A stretch of DNA of 64,000 bases from an uncultured Pelagibacteraceae bacterium (GTDB lineage: Bacteria > Pseudomonadota > Alphaproteobacteria > Pelagibacterales > Pelagibacteraceae). The position numbers and the translations under genes are program-made. Positions 24,050 through 35,533 of this stretch are shown here, in pieces; position 1 is the first letter of the stretch; each line of letters opens with the position of its first letter. The notes beneath the pieces were generated by a model. The model was not told the DNA's origin. It was given only the letters and a program-made list of their open reading frames with translations, and searched no databases. The stretch spans positions 26,112 through 90,111 of the forward strand of contig CACHKE010000004.1 in assembly GCA_902580335.1 (NCBI GenBank), read 5' to 3'.

Positions 24050-26674
24050 ATGAGTGATAAATATATACATTCCAATGTAGAAGATAAGATTTATTCATAT
24101 TGGGAAAAAAATAAACTATTTAAACCTCAAAAAAATTCAAAGAAATTTTCAGTTGTAATTCCGCCACCAAATGTAACGGGAAGTTTACATATGGGGCATG
24201 CTTTGAATAATTCGATTCAAGATATGTTAGTTCGATATTATCGAATGAATAATTATGAAACCTTATGGCAACCGGGTACAGATCATGCTGGTATTGCTAC
24301 ACAGGCACTTGTTGAGAGAAAACTTGAAAATGAAAATCAAAATAAAAATACTCTTGGAAGAGAAAAGTTTATTGAAAAGGTTTGGGATTGGAAAAATCAA
24401 TATGGTGACATAATTATTAATCAATTAAAAAAATTAGGTTGTTCATGTGATTGGTCTAGAAATGCATTCACAATGGATGAAAATTTATCAAAATCTGTAA
24501 TAAAAGTATTTGTCGAGTTACATAAAAAGAAATTGATCTATAAAGCAGAAAAATTAGTAAATTGGGATACAGTTCTAAAAACTGCAATTTCAGATTTAGA
24601 GGTAGATCAAAGAGAAATGAACTCTAAGATTTACTACATTAGGTATCCAATAGATAAATCATCAGAATTTATCACTATAGCCACAACGAGGCCCGAAACT
24701 ATGCTAGGGGACACAGCTATTGCAGTTAACCCAAAAGATAAAAGATATAAAAGTTATGTTGGTAAAACAGTTACGATACCTATTGTAGGTAGAAAAATTA
24801 AAATAATAAAAGACAATTATGCAGACCCAGAACAGGGAACAGGAGCACTTAAAATTACCCCAGCACATGATTTTAATGATTATGATGTAGGACAAAGAAA
24901 TAAACTCGAAATAATAAATGTTTTTACTGAAGAGGGTAAAATAAATGAAAATGCACCAAAAGATTATGTAGGTTTGGATAGATTTGATGCTCGTAAAAAA
25001 ATATTAGATGAACTTAAAGAAAAAGATTATTTTGTTAAAGAGGAAAATATAAAAAATAAAGTTCCTTATGGAGATAGATCTAATTCTGTTATCGAACCTT
25101 TTTTAACTGAGCAATGGTTTGTTGATGCAAAAAAATTAGCTATCAAAGCAAAAAAAATTGTTAAAACAAAAAAGACAAATTTTTTTCCAAATAACTGGTC
25201 TAAAACTTATTTTCAATGGATGAATAATATTGAGCCCTGGTGTGTTTCTAGACAGTTGTGGTGGGGTCATCAAATCCCAGCATGGTATGGACCTGACAAT
25301 AAAATATTTGTTGCTTTAAATGAAAAAGAAGCAAGGAAGCAAGCTAAAAAGCATTACAAAAAAGATGTAAAATTAGTTAGAGATCCTGACGTATTAGATA
25401 CTTGGTTTTCCTCTGGTTTATGGCCTTTTGCAACTTTGGGATGGCCAGATAAAAAAGATTTCGTAAAAAAGTTTTATCCAACCACAGTTTTAGTAACTGG
25501 CTTTGATATAATTTTTTTCTGGGTCGCAAGAATGATTATGTTTGGAATGGAATTTCTTAACAAAGAACCTTTCAAAGATATTTATGTTCATGCTTTAGTA
25601 AGAGATGAAAAAGGACAAAAAATGTCTAAATCAAAAGGTAATGTAATTGATCCATTAGACTTAATTGAAAAATATAGTGCAGATGCTCTAAGATTTACTT
25701 TGCTTTCAATGGCTTCACCTGGAACCGATGTAAAACTTTCTGAAGATAGAGTTAAAGGGTATAGGAACTTTTTAAATAAATTGTGGAATGCAAACAATTT
25801 TTTAATCACAAATAATTGTGATTTTAACAAGACTGATAAAGTTCCCAAAACTACTTTAAATATCAATAAATGGATTTATTCTGAATTGATAGAAATAAAA
25901 GATAAAATTCAAAAGAATATTAAAGATTATCGATTTGATGAGGCAGCCAAAAACGCTTATCAATTTGCTTGGCATTCATATTGTGATTGGTATATCGAAC
26001 TATCTAAAACAATCCTTTATTCAGAAGATGAGAAGTCAAAAAAAGAGGTAAAGGAAGTATCAGCTTATGTTTTTAAACAAATACTTGTTATGCTTCATCC
26101 ATTTATCCCATTTGTTACTGAAGAAATATGGCTAAAAAACAAGTTTGATAAGTCAAATAAAAATTTTCTTATGTACAAAAACTGGCCATCAGGAAAAGTT
26201 AAAAAAGACAAATCACAAAAGGATGTAGAGAAAATCATCAATATTATCTCAGAACTTAGATCGTTTAAAAATGAGCTAAACGTCAGCCCAGGTTCATTTG
26301 TAGATCTTTCTATGAATAAGATAGCTAAAAAAAATCGTTCTTTGATGGATGATAATGAAATAATCTTAAAAAAACTTGGTCGTATTAATAATTTTTTTGA
26401 AAAGGATCAAGATCGACCTTCTGCAACTCTTGTAATTTCAGGTGATATATTTAAGATTTATTTTGATGAAAATGTTGATTTAAGTTTAATCAAAGAAAAT
26501 TTACTAAAAAGACAAACAAAATACAAAGATGAATTAGATAAGATTTCACAACGATTATCAAATAAAGGATTTGTCGATAGGGCACCAAAAAATATTGTTG
26601 AACAAGAAAAAACTAATTATAGTAACTTAAAAAATGATATCAAAAAAATATCTTTAACAATTGAAAGTTTATAA
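24050..26674 (+). CDS. valS: Valyl-tRNA synthetase
   Basis: [26 protein letters not shown]. Confidence 0.99.
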   Translation: MSDKYIHSNVEDKIYSYWEKNKLFKPQKNSKKFSVVIPPPNVTGSLHMGHALNNSIQDMLVRYYRMNNYETLWQPGTDHAGIATQALVERKLENENQNKNTLGREKFIEKVWDWKNQYGDIIINQLKKLGCSCDWSRNAFTMDENLSKSVIKVFVELHKKKLIYKAEKLVNWDTVLKTAISDLEVDQREMNSKIYYIRYPIDKSSEFITIATTRPETMLGDTAIAVNPKDKRYKSYVGKTVTIPIVGRKIKIIKDNYADPEQGTGALKITPAHDFNDYDVGQRNKLEIINVFTEEGKINENAPKDYVGLDRFDARKKILDELKEKDYFVKEENIKNKVPYGDRSNSVIEPFLTEQWFVDAKKLAIKAKKIVKTKKTNFFPNNWSKTYFQWMNNIEPWCVSRQLWWGHQIPAWYGPDNKIFVALNEKEARKQAKKHYKKDVKLVRDPDVLDTWFSSGLWPFATLGWPDKKDFVKKFYPTTVLVTGFDIIFFWVARMIMFGMEFLNKEPFKDIYVHALVRDEKGQKMSKSKGNVIDPLDLIEKYSADALRFTLLSMASPGTDVKLSEDRVKGYRNFLNKLWNANNFLITNNCDFNKTDKVPKTTLNINKWIYSELIEIKDKIQKNIKDYRFDEAAKNAYQFAWHSYCDWYIELSKTILYSEDEKSKKEVKEVSAYVFKQILVMLHPFIPFVTEEIWLKNKFDKSNKNFLMYKNWPSGKVKKDKSQKDVEKIINIISELRSFKNELNVSPGSFVDLSMNKIAKKNRSLMDDNEIILKKLGRINNFFEKDQDRPSATLVISGDIFKIYFDENVDLSLIKENLLKRQTKYKDELDKISQRLSNKGFVDRAPKNIVEQEKTNYSNLKNDIKKISLTIESL

Positions 26675-28392
26675 TGCGGAAATTTAATAAGAAAAAATTG
26701 CCAAGTCGACATACATCTTTAGGACCCGACAGAGCCCCTCATAGATCTTTTTATTATGCAATGGGAGAAACAGAAAAGGATGTTGCCAAACCTTTTGTTG
26801 GGGTTGTATCAACATGGAACGAAGCAGCTCCTTGTAATATAGCCTTAATGAGACAAGCCCAGTCTGTTAAAAAGGGTGTAAGAGCATCAGGTGGAACACC
26901 AAGAGAGTTTTGTACAATTACCGTAACAGACGGTATTGCTATGGGTCATGAAGGAATGAAATCCTCATTAATATCAAGAGAAGTTATTGCTGATAGCGCT
27001 GAATTAACTGTAAGAGGTCATTGTTATGATGCATTAGTAGGTATTGCAGGTTGTGATAAGTCTTTACCAGGTTTGATGATGTCGATGGTCAGATTAAACG
27101 TTCCAAGTGTATTTATATATGGTGGTTCAATACTACCAGGAAAATACAAAGGGAAAGATGTGACTGTTGTAGATGTTTTTGAGGCAGTTGGAAAACATTC
27201 ATCAGGACAAATGTCTGCAAAAGAATTAAGAAAATTAGAATTAGTTGCATGTCCAACAGCAGGAGCTTGTGGTGGTCAATTTACTGCAAATACTATGGCC
27301 TGTGTATCTGAAGCTATAGGTTTAGCATTACCTTATTCAGCTGGAACACCAGCGCCGTATGAAGAAAGAGATAAGTATGCAAAAGCAAGCGGTCGAATGG
27401 TTATGGAATTATTAGCTAAAAAAATTAAACCAAGAGATATAGTTACAAGAAAAGCTTTAGAAAATGCTGCAACAATAGTAGCTGCAACAGGTGGATCAAC
27501 CAATGCAGGTTTACATCTTCCAGCAATAGCAAATGAAGCAGGTATTAAATTTGATTTAATGGATGTTGCGAAAATATTTAAAAGAACTCCATATCTTGCC
27601 GACTTAAAACCAGGTGGAAAATATGTTGCTAAAGATATGTGGTTAGCAGGTGGGGTACCAATGCTTTTAAAAACTCTTTATGAAGGTGGTTATATTCATG
27701 GAGATTGTATGACCGTAACAGGTAAAACAATGAAAGAAAATTTAAAGGGAATTAAATTTAATCCAAAACAAAAAGTAATGAGATCATTTAAAAATCCATT
27801 ATCTCCAACAGGTGGTGTAGTTGGTTTAAAAGGAAACTTAGCTCCTGAAGGAGGAATTGTTAAAATTGCTGGACTTAAAAAATTACAATTTACTGGAAGA
27901 GCGAGATGTTTTGATAATGAAGAAAGTGCGATGAAAGCAGTTCAAAGCAGAAAATATAAAGACGGTGATGTAATTATTATCAGATATGAAGGACCAGTTG
28001 GCGGACCAGGTATGAGAGAAATGCTTTCAACAACAGGTGCAATTTATGGACAAGGTAAAGGAGAAAAAGTTGCTTTAATAACTGATGGAAGATTCTCTGG
28101 AGCAACTCGGGGATTTTGTGTAGGCCATGTAGGACCAGAGGCTGCATTAGGTGGACCGATCGCTCTATTACGGAATGGAGATATTATTGATATTGACGCT
28201 AAGAAGGGGACAATTAATGTTCGATTAACTAGAGCACAATTAGCTTCAAGAAGACGAAAATGGAAGGCTAGAAAATCTGATTTTGGATCAGGAACTCTTT
28301 GGAAATATGCACAAACTGTTGGACCTGCGCATTTAGGAGCACCAACACATCCAGGTAAGAAAAACGAAGTTAAGGATTATTCAAAAATTTGA
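26674..28392 (+). CDS. ilvD: Dihydroxy-acid dehydratase
   Basis: [31 protein letters not shown]. Confidence 0.97.
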   Translation: MRKFNKKKLPSRHTSLGPDRAPHRSFYYAMGETEKDVAKPFVGVVSTWNEAAPCNIALMRQAQSVKKGVRASGGTPREFCTITVTDGIAMGHEGMKSSLISREVIADSAELTVRGHCYDALVGIAGCDKSLPGLMMSMVRLNVPSVFIYGGSILPGKYKGKDVTVVDVFEAVGKHSSGQMSAKELRKLELVACPTAGACGGQFTANTMACVSEAIGLALPYSAGTPAPYEERDKYAKASGRMVMELLAKKIKPRDIVTRKALENAATIVAATGGSTNAGLHLPAIANEAGIKFDLMDVAKIFKRTPYLADLKPGGKYVAKDMWLAGGVPMLLKTLYEGGYIHGDCMTVTGKTMKENLKGIKFNPKQKVMRSFKNPLSPTGGVVGLKGNLAPEGGIVKIAGLKKLQFTGRARCFDNEESAMKAVQSRKYKDGDVIIIRYEGPVGGPGMREMLSTTGAIYGQGKGEKVALITDGRFSGATRGFCVGHVGPEAALGGPIALLRNGDIIDIDAKKGTINVRLTRAQLASRRRKWKARKSDFGSGTLWKYAQTVGPAHLGAPTHPGKKNEVKDYSKI

Positions 28393-29582
28393 TGAAAATT
28401 CGCCCAGTCATTTTATGTGGTGGAGCTGGCACAAGACTTTGGCCAAAAGCTAAAAAACATCAAGCGAAACAATTTATAGATTTTGGTAATTGGACTTTGT
28501 TGGGTAAAACTTTAGAGAGAGTAAAAGCATCAATATATGATGCTCCAATTATAAGTACTAATGCAAAATATTTAAAACAAGTAAAACAACACTTAAAGAA
28601 ACACAAAATAAGAAAATTCAAGATAGTTTTAGAGCCAGCTAAAAGAAATACCGCACCAGCTATTTTAAGTACAGCATTAATAAAGGACATACCTAGCGAA
28701 CAACCTTTAATGTTCTTGGCTGCTGATCATTTGATAGAGAAGGTTGCTTTATTTAATAAAGCTATAAAAAAAAACCAAAAGAAACTTACTCATAATAATA
28801 TCTTTATCTTTGGAATTAAGCCCACAATGCCTTCAAGTGAGTTTGGCTATTTTTTAACAAAAAATACTAAAGTAACTAGATTTATAGAAAAACCAAAAGC
28901 GGCTAAAGCTAAAGAAATAATTAGTAAAAAAGGTTATTGGAATTCTGGAATGTTTTATCTGAGAAAAGACTCGATCATTAATAATTTTAAGAAATACCAA
29001 CCAAATATTTACCGAAACTGCAATAACGCTTTAATAAAAGCAAAATATAAAAGTAACGTGTACTATTTAAACAAACAAGCATTCACTAAAGCAACAGCTA
29101 AGTCTTTTGACTATGCAATTCTAGAAAAAACTAAAGATATAAATGCTATCAAGTTGGATATTCCTTGGTCTGATTTAGGATCTTGGAAAGAAATCTGTAA
29201 GATGTACGGAAGAAATAAGAAACATTATTATAAAAAGAAAAATGTGTTCCATAGACCTTGGGGTAGTTATGTTAATTTATTTAATGGTAAAGAATTCTTG
29301 ATAAAAGAACTATATGTAAAACCTAAAGGTATATTAAGTCTTCAGAAACATCATCATAGAGCTGAACACTGGGTAGTAACCCAAGGTAAACCTAAAATTA
29401 CGTTAAATAAAAAATATTTTACCATGAAACCTGATGAAACTATTTTTATACCATTAGGTGCAATCCATAGAATAGAAAACCCATATAAAAAACCAGTAAA
29501 AATAATTGAGGCACAAGTAGGCTCAATTTTAAAAGAAACTGATATAGTCAGATACCAAGATGTTTATGGAAGAGTAAAATAA
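28392..29582 (+). CDS. manC: Mannose-1-phosphate guanylyltransferase / mannose-6-phosphate isomerase
   Basis: GGAGTRLWP, EP-RNTAPA, WNSGMF, WSDLGSW, C-terminal cupin RPWG...SLQKHHHRAEHW. Confidence 0.93.
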   Translation: MKIRPVILCGGAGTRLWPKAKKHQAKQFIDFGNWTLLGKTLERVKASIYDAPIISTNAKYLKQVKQHLKKHKIRKFKIVLEPAKRNTAPAILSTALIKDIPSEQPLMFLAADHLIEKVALFNKAIKKNQKKLTHNNIFIFGIKPTMPSSEFGYFLTKNTKVTRFIEKPKAAKAKEIISKKGYWNSGMFYLRKDSIINNFKKYQPNIYRNCNNALIKAKYKSNVYYLNKQAFTKATAKSFDYAILEKTKDINAIKLDIPWSDLGSWKEICKMYGRNKKHYYKKKNVFHRPWGSYVNLFNGKEFLIKELYVKPKGILSLQKHHHRAEHWVVTQGKPKITLNKKYFTMKPDETIFIPLGAIHRIENPYKKPVKIIEAQVGSILKETDIVRYQDVYGRVK

Positions 29583-30467
29583 TTATTTTACAAGAAAATT
29601 CACTTTTTTATTTGATAGATTTAAATGAATTTTTTTATGTGAGCCAAAATTATCTCCATCAATTTGAACAGGCATCAAATCATTTCCATCAATTGTAATG
29701 TTTTGTGCATAAGTAGTAATAACATTTTTATTTTTACTTAAATCACCATTAAGAATTATTAAAAATATTGAATATAATAAACTAATCCTAGTCAAATCTT
29801 TAAATATATAGGTGACTAATTTATCTTCAAAAATATTTGTTTTATTTATTTTATGATGTCCAGCGTAATATTTGGTATTTGAAGATAATATCCAGTCTGC
29901 TTGATAAAATTGATCATCAAAAGTGACATTTAATTTTTTATTATTCATAAACAAGAAATATTGAAAACCTTTGATACCAAATATAATTTTACCTAGAAAC
30001 TTTTTAATTTTTGAATTAATTGAATGAACAATTTTTGCATCCCATCCTATACCAGCCATTAAAAAGAAATAATTCTCGTTAATTTTTACAAGATTAGAGG
30101 ATTTATAATTATTAGAAACCAATATATTGACTATATCATCAACTTTTTTATTCATTGATAATTCAGCTTGAAGCAAATTAGCAGTACCAGCAGGAATATA
30201 ACCTATGGCAAAATCGTCTTTAAAATTAAAATTATTTTTAATTAATTCATTAATTGCAAAAGAAACTGAACCATCACCGCCAGCTACTATTAGTCGATCA
30301 TAATTTTTTTGATTAAAATTTTTGAAAATTTTCTTAGCTTGATTTATTGTTTTAGTCTCAAAGTAGTCTACAGAAATATTCTCTTTTAACTTAGATAAAA
30401 TCCTATTTATGAATTTAGATTTTCTTCCAGAGGAAGAATTCAAATTATAAATCAAACAACATAACAT
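29583..30467 (-). CDS. Diacylglycerol/lipid kinase family (YegS/DagK-like)
   Basis: AGGDGS, PAGTAN, GIGWDA, QIDGD. Confidence 0.9.
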   Translation of the reverse strand: MLCCLIYNLNSSSGRKSKFINRILSKLKENISVDYFETKTINQAKKIFKNFNQKNYDRLIVAGGDGSVSFAINELIKNNFNFKDDFAIGYIPAGTANLLQAELSMNKKVDDIVNILVSNNYKSSNLVKINENYFFLMAGIGWDAKIVHSINSKIKKFLGKIIFGIKGFQYFLFMNNKKLNVTFDDQFYQADWILSSNTKYYAGHHKINKTNIFEDKLVTYIFKDLTRISLLYSIFLIILNGDLSKNKNVITTYAQNITIDGNDLMPVQIDGDNFGSHKKIHLNLSNKKVNFLVK

Positions 30468-30485
30468 AATTAATCCTTAAAAAAT

Positions 30486-30503
30486 TTTTAACAAATTTGT
30501 AAC
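30486..30503 (+). promoter_or_regulatory. Pho box upstream of plcP
   Basis: TTTTAAC-AAAT-TTGTAAC (11-bp period); a further CTGTAAC half-site on the minus strand at 30535-30541 faces the kinase gene. Confidence 0.7.
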
Positions 30504-30565
30504 ATTTAAATGAAATAAGAAATACATGATTCGTGTTACAGTTGTATTAAAATATAGGTTTTTAA

Positions 30566-31378
30566 ATGCCTAATTTACTTAAATATAAAAGTATATTTAT
30601 TTCTGATGTTCATTTAGGTACCAAGGGTTGTCAGGCAAAAAAACTTTTAGAGTTTTTTAAAAACTCAAGATCCGAAAATCTTTATCTTGTAGGGGACATT
30701 ATAGATATCTGGGAAATGCAAAAAAGCTTTTTTTGGCCTCAAGAACATAATGATGTAATCCAAAAAATTTTAAGAAAAGCTAGGCATGGTACTAAAGTTT
30801 TCTACATTATGGGTAATCATGACGAAATGTTAAGAAAATTTATTCCAATGCATTTTGGTGACATCCATATGGTTAATAGAGTTATTCATGAAACAAATGC
30901 AGGAAAAAAATATGTTGTTGTTCATGGTGATGCTTGGGATGGTGTTATGAAACATGCTAAATGGTTATCTAAACTTGGATCAATAGCCTATAATTTACTA
31001 TTAAAATTAAATGTAATAATTAATTTTTTTAGAAGATTGAGAGGAAAAGAATATTGGTCTCTTGCAAAATTTTTAAAGTATAAAGTCAAAAATGCAGTTA
31101 AATATATTGGTGAATATGAAAAAACACTTTCAGATTATGCAAAAAGAAAAAAATTTGATGGAATTATTTGTGGCCACATCCATCATGCTGAGGATAGAGA
31201 TTTTAATGGGGTCAATTATTTAAATTGTGGAGACTGGGTTGAGTCCTGCACTGCATTAGCCGAAAATTATGATGGTAGTTTTGAAATATTATATTGGGAC
31301 AAAATAAGAGAACAATATTTAGACGATAAAGAAAAAATTGAACCAATTAAAACTGAAGAATTAAAAAAAGCTTCATAA
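30566..31378 (+). CDS. plcP: PlcP-type phospholipase C (LpxH-like metallophosphoesterase)
   Basis: SDVHLG, GDIIDIW, HNDVIQKILRKAR, GNHD, HGD, CGHIH, GDWVESCTA; Pho box and GT4 neighbour. Confidence 0.88.
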   Translation: MPNLLKYKSIFISDVHLGTKGCQAKKLLEFFKNSRSENLYLVGDIIDIWEMQKSFFWPQEHNDVIQKILRKARHGTKVFYIMGNHDEMLRKFIPMHFGDIHMVNRVIHETNAGKKYVVVHGDAWDGVMKHAKWLSKLGSIAYNLLLKLNVIINFFRRLRGKEYWSLAKFLKYKVKNAVKYIGEYEKTLSDYAKRKKFDGIICGHIHHAEDRDFNGVNYLNCGDWVESCTALAENYDGSFEILYWDKIREQYLDDKEKIEPIKTEELKKAS

Positions 31379-31381
31379 TTA

Positions 31382-32389
31382 ATGAAAATTTTAATTGCTA
31401 CAGATGCATATTTTCCCCAAGTAAATGGTGTTGTAAGAACCTTACATGAAACAGGCAATATATTAAAAGAACAAGGTCATAGAATAGAATATATTACACC
31501 TGACTTATTTTTTACTTTTCCGATGCCGAAATATAATGAAATTAGGTTGTCTATAAATGTATGGCCCAGAGTTGGTAGTTTAATAAAGAAAATCAATCCA
31601 GATGCAATTCATATCGCTACCGAAGGCCCGATAGGCACTATGGCAAGAAGATATTGTTTAAAAAATAATCTAAAGTTTACTACGAGTTTCCATACAAGAT
31701 TTGATAAATATCTAAAACTTTACTTTCCTATTATACCAGCAAAATGGGCTGAAAAATTCTTAGCAAATTTTCATAATAAGGCTGAGAGAATTTTAGTAAC
31801 TACAGAGTCTATGAGAAAAGAATTAATCGATATAGGTATAGATGACAATAAAATGATTACTTGGACTAGAGGAGGAAATCATGGAGCTTTTAAGAACCCT
31901 AAAAAAATTGATTTACCTCATAAAAGACCTATTTGGATTTATGTTGGAAGAGTTGCAGTTGAAAAAAATATAAGAGCTTTCTTAGAATGTGATTTAGAAG
32001 GTACAAAGATAATTATAGGAAAAGGACCTGATTTAAAAAAATTGAAAAAAGAATTCCCTAAAGATATTTTTTTAGGAGAAAAAACAAATGGTGAATTAGC
32101 ATCACATTTTGCATCCTCTGATGTTTTTGTTTTCCCAAGTAAAACAGATACATTTGGAATTGTAGTTACAGAAGCTTTAAATTGTGGAACACCTGTTGCT
32201 GCGTATCCTGTTCCAGGTCCTAAAGATATATTTGAAGGATCCAAAATAAATTGTTTAGATGATGATCTTAAAGTATCAGCACATAAAGCTTTGAAAGTTA
32301 ATAGAAATGATTGTCTTGAATTTGCAAAAAAATTCACTTGGGAAGAAACAGCAAAAATATTTTTTAACAATATTTCACCAAATCATTAG
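31382..32389 (+). CDS. GT4 glycosyltransferase, Agt-like glycolipid synthase
   Basis: TDAYFPQVNGVVRT, HIATEGPIG, GRVAVEKN, FPSKTDTFG; cotranscribed with plcP. Confidence 0.85.
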   Translation: MKILIATDAYFPQVNGVVRTLHETGNILKEQGHRIEYITPDLFFTFPMPKYNEIRLSINVWPRVGSLIKKINPDAIHIATEGPIGTMARRYCLKNNLKFTTSFHTRFDKYLKLYFPIIPAKWAEKFLANFHNKAERILVTTESMRKELIDIGIDDNKMITWTRGGNHGAFKNPKKIDLPHKRPIWIYVGRVAVEKNIRAFLECDLEGTKIIIGKGPDLKKLKKEFPKDIFLGEKTNGELASHFASSDVFVFPSKTDTFGIVVTEALNCGTPVAAYPVPGPKDIFEGSKINCLDDDLKVSAHKALKVNRNDCLEFAKKFTWEETAKIFFNNISPNH

Positions 32390-32454
32390 TTAATTTTTCC
32401 TTAATTTATTTGCATTAAAAAGTGTAATGATGCAAAATTAAGCCATCTAAATTT

Positions 32455-33597
32455 ATGGAATATTTCGTCATTCTACTTATAGTTGTGATAGTTTATCTTC
32501 TCTATTTACTTAATCAAAAAAAAAATAAATCAATAAATACCGCTACAATAGTTAATAAAAGAGAAGAAAAAACAAAAAGAGTAATTATTGATGAGCTTGA
32601 AGATCAATTTTTTGCATTAAATAAATTTAACATAATTAAATATGCCAATCCAAGTGCATTAAAAAGATTTGGAAGTAATTTAATTGATAAAAACATATCT
32701 TCTATAATTCGAAAACCAGAATTAATAGAAAATATTGAAAAAGCTATCGTAGAAAATAAAACAAAAAATATCGATGTTGAAATAGACCTCCCATCATATC
32801 AATTCTATAAAATTTATATTATTCCTGGCCCAACTCATTTGTTTACTGAACCAGACTCTGTTGTGTTATTTTTAAAAGATTTTACTGAAATTACAAAAGC
32901 ACAAAAATTTAAAACTGATTTTGTAGCAAATGTAAGCCATGAATTAAGAACACCTTTAATGGCAATCAAAGGATCACTAGAAACAATTGAGGGCCCAGCG
33001 TCTGATGATGAAAAGGCTAAAAAAAAATTTATGAAAATTTTGTCTGAACAATCAACAAGGATGGAAAGTTTAATTAATGATCTATTAATTCTTACACGGA
33101 TTGAACTTGATGAACATATAAGACCTACTTCAATAGTAAATATTAATGAACTCTTTGAAACTATTATTAGTAATTTTGAAATTGTTTTAAAAAAGAAAAA
33201 TATAACTGTTAAAAATCAATTAACAAATACATCAATTGTTATAGGTGATGAAAAAAGATTAAATACAGTTTTTTCTAATCTTTTGGATAATTCAATAAAA
33301 TATTCTCCAGAAAATAAAAATATATATATTTCTAAAAATGAAAATAGTAACAAACTTTTAGAAAAGAATATAATGATTAGTATTAAAGATGAAGGTTATG
33401 GCATTCCCCATGAACACATTTCGCGTGTTACAGAAAGATTTTACAGGGTTGACACAGAACAAAGTAAAAAAGTTGGTGGAACTGGTTTAGGATTAGCTAT
33501 TGTTAAACACATAATTACCCAACACAGAGGTGATTTTGAGATTCTTTCAGAGGTTGGTAAAGGTACTGAAATTAGAATATATTTGCCTTCGAAATAA
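32455..33597 (+). CDS. phoR: Phosphate regulon sensor kinase
   Basis: TM, PAS-like region, DFVANVSHELRTPL, ERFYRVD, GGTGLGLAIVKH. Confidence 0.92.
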   Translation: MEYFVILLIVVIVYLLYLLNQKKNKSINTATIVNKREEKTKRVIIDELEDQFFALNKFNIIKYANPSALKRFGSNLIDKNISSIIRKPELIENIEKAIVENKTKNIDVEIDLPSYQFYKIYIIPGPTHLFTEPDSVVLFLKDFTEITKAQKFKTDFVANVSHELRTPLMAIKGSLETIEGPASDDEKAKKKFMKILSEQSTRMESLINDLLILTRIELDEHIRPTSIVNINELFETIISNFEIVLKKKNITVKNQLTNTSIVIGDEKRLNTVFSNLLDNSIKYSPENKNIYISKNENSNKLLEKNIMISIKDEGYGIPHEHISRVTERFYRVDTEQSKKVGGTGLGLAIVKHIITQHRGDFEILSEVGKGTEIRIYLPSK

Positions 33598-33692
33598 AAA
33601 TTTAAAAAAAACTTCATTTTATAACCCTTATTTGAGAAAACTTTAACATTTCTTTGATTGATTCGTGTATAGATTTTATTTAAGTTTTTATA

Positions 33693-34301
33693 ATGATTAA
33701 AATACTCAAAAATATTTTAATATTTTTTTATTTAATCTTGTTTTTCACAACTAGTGTATATTCAAAAGACCTGTCTACTCTTTTACGTACTCAGCAATTA
33801 ACAGTTTTTGACATAGGTATTTTTAGATTAGAAGAGGACTTAAAGAGTTCTTATCCTGCTGTAAAGAAACATAAAGATGTGCCTTATGAAGATATATATA
33901 TGGATGTTGTCAGTTCCTATTGGAGAAATACAGTAGATTTAATTGTTTCAATCCCAGTAAATGAAAATTTAAAAAAAGAGAATTATATGTCAGACTCATT
34001 TAGATGTAGAAATATATTTAATTCAGTAAGAGATCATTTGTTAAGAAACGAAAATTTAAGTAATTATAGGTTTACTATGGCAACTAGTTATTTAACATCT
34101 GTTTTTTCTACTCCAAGCACATGGCCAAGATGGCGATACGATCAAAGCGTCTTAGAAGAATTAGTTAATTTAGTAAAACTTGAAGTTATTTTGAGACCTA
34201 CAACTGAGCTTGCTTTTAAAGATAAAGTTAACCCCGTTTCTTGTAAAGGTGGTTTAGAAACAGAAAATGATGAGATTATAATCTCAATGAAATACAACTA
34301 A
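33693..34301 (+). CDS. Hypothetical exported protein
   Basis: Signal-peptide-like N-terminus (...VYS/KD), 202 aa, two Cys, no recognised family. Confidence 0.75.
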   Translation: MIKILKNILIFFYLILFFTTSVYSKDLSTLLRTQQLTVFDIGIFRLEEDLKSSYPAVKKHKDVPYEDIYMDVVSSYWRNTVDLIVSIPVNENLKKENYMSDSFRCRNIFNSVRDHLLRNENLSNYRFTMATSYLTSVFSTPSTWPRWRYDQSVLEELVNLVKLEVILRPTTELAFKDKVNPVSCKGGLETENDEIIISMKYN

Positions 34302-34311
34302 AAAGTTATCT

Positions 34312-34340
34312 TTTTAACAAAAGTGTAACAATTCTGTAAT
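34312..34340 (+). promoter_or_regulatory. Triple Pho box upstream of pstS
   Basis: TTTTAAC-AAAA-GTGTAAC-AATT-CTGTAAT; additional consensus CTGTCAT at 34369-34375. Confidence 0.85.
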
Positions 34341-34410
34341 ATTAAAGATTCAATTAATTTATACGAGTCTGTCATCTTTATATTAATTAATAACGAAAGG
34401 ATTAAAGATA

Positions 34411-35442
34411 ATGAAAAAACTAACTATAGTGATCGCTTCTTTAGTTGCTTTATCAATAGCAACTGTTGCTCAAGCAAGAGATCAAATTAAGATAGTTGGT
34501 TCTTCTACGGTATTCCCTTACGCAACAGTTGTTGCTGAAAGATTTGGTGGTTCAGGATTTAAAACTCCTGTAATCGAGTCTACTGGTACTGGTGGTGGAG
34601 CTAAACTATTCTGTGCTGGTGTAGGTGAACAACATCCAGATATTACAAATGCATCAAGAGCTATGAAAGATAAAGAAAAAGCTCTATGTAAGAAAAATGG
34701 TGTTAATGATATCGTTGAGATCGTAATTGGTAACGATGGTATTACATTAGCTTACAGCAAAGATGCAAAACCAGTAAACTTTACTAAAGAACAATTATAT
34801 TTAGCACTTGCTGCTCATACAGTTGTTGATGGTAAATTAGTTCCAAATATTTATAAAACTTGGGACCAAATTGACCCTAGCTTACCAAAACAAAAAATTT
34901 CAGTGATGATCCCACCAGGAACATCAGGAACTAGAGATGCTTGGAATTCTTTAGTAATGAAAAAAGGTATGACTAAAGAAGCTAAAGCTCTTTATAAAGC
35001 TGGTTTTGAAGCTGGAAATAAAAAATACAAAAAACCTCAAAAACTTTACAGAGAAGATGGTGCTGCTATTGAAGTTGGAGAAAACGATAGTTTAATCATC
35101 CAAAAGTTAACTCAAGATAAAGAAATGTTTGGTTTCTTTGGTTTCAGTTATTTCTTAGCTGCAAAAGATAAATTGCAAGCAGCAAGTATTGATGGTGGAC
35201 AACCGTCATTAAAGTCTATTCAAGACTACAGTTATGCTGTTGCTAGACCTTTATTCTTCTACGTGAAAAAAGCACACGTTGGAGTAATTCCAGGCTTACA
35301 TGAGTTTGTGAAAGAATTCACAACTAAGAAAGCTATTGGAAAAGGGGGTTACTTAGCAGACATTGGCTTAGTGCCATTAGACTCTAAGTTGTATAAAACA
35401 ACTAGAACTAATGCTACGAAGCTAGTTGCTATGGGTAATTAA
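34411..35442 (+). CDS. pstS: Phosphate ABC substrate-binding protein
   Basis: Signal peptide, GSSTVFP, STGTGGG, NASR, SGTRD, RPLFFY. Confidence 0.96.
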   Translation: MKKLTIVIASLVALSIATVAQARDQIKIVGSSTVFPYATVVAERFGGSGFKTPVIESTGTGGGAKLFCAGVGEQHPDITNASRAMKDKEKALCKKNGVNDIVEIVIGNDGITLAYSKDAKPVNFTKEQLYLALAAHTVVDGKLVPNIYKTWDQIDPSLPKQKISVMIPPGTSGTRDAWNSLVMKKGMTKEAKALYKAGFEAGNKKYKKPQKLYREDGAAIEVGENDSLIIQKLTQDKEMFGFFGFSYFLAAKDKLQAASIDGGQPSLKSIQDYSYAVARPLFFYVKKAHVGVIPGLHEFVKEFTTKKAIGKGGYLADIGLVPLDSKLYKTTRTNATKLVAMGN

Positions 35443-35466
35443 TTATTCCTCAGTTAACAAATGATT

Positions 35467-35498
35467 AAAAAGGGGGTCTTTTTAGACCCCTTTTTTTT
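35467..35498 (+). terminator. Intercistronic terminator hairpin after pstS
   Basis: GGGGTCT-TTTT-AGACCCC followed by T8. Confidence 0.88.
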
Positions 35499-35533
35499 AA
35501 AAAAAGAGTAAAGTCCTCACTTAAGGAGATTCT

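Noticed and set aside
30566-31378. Annotation as lpxH (lipid A biosynthesis)
   Set aside because: Pho box, GT4 partner and the HNDVIQK/GDWVES motifs fit PlcP better
32409-32436. Dyad TTTGCAT...ATGCAAA with a single GTGTAAT before phoR
   Set aside because: Only one Pho half-site and a weak stem; cannot be distinguished from chance
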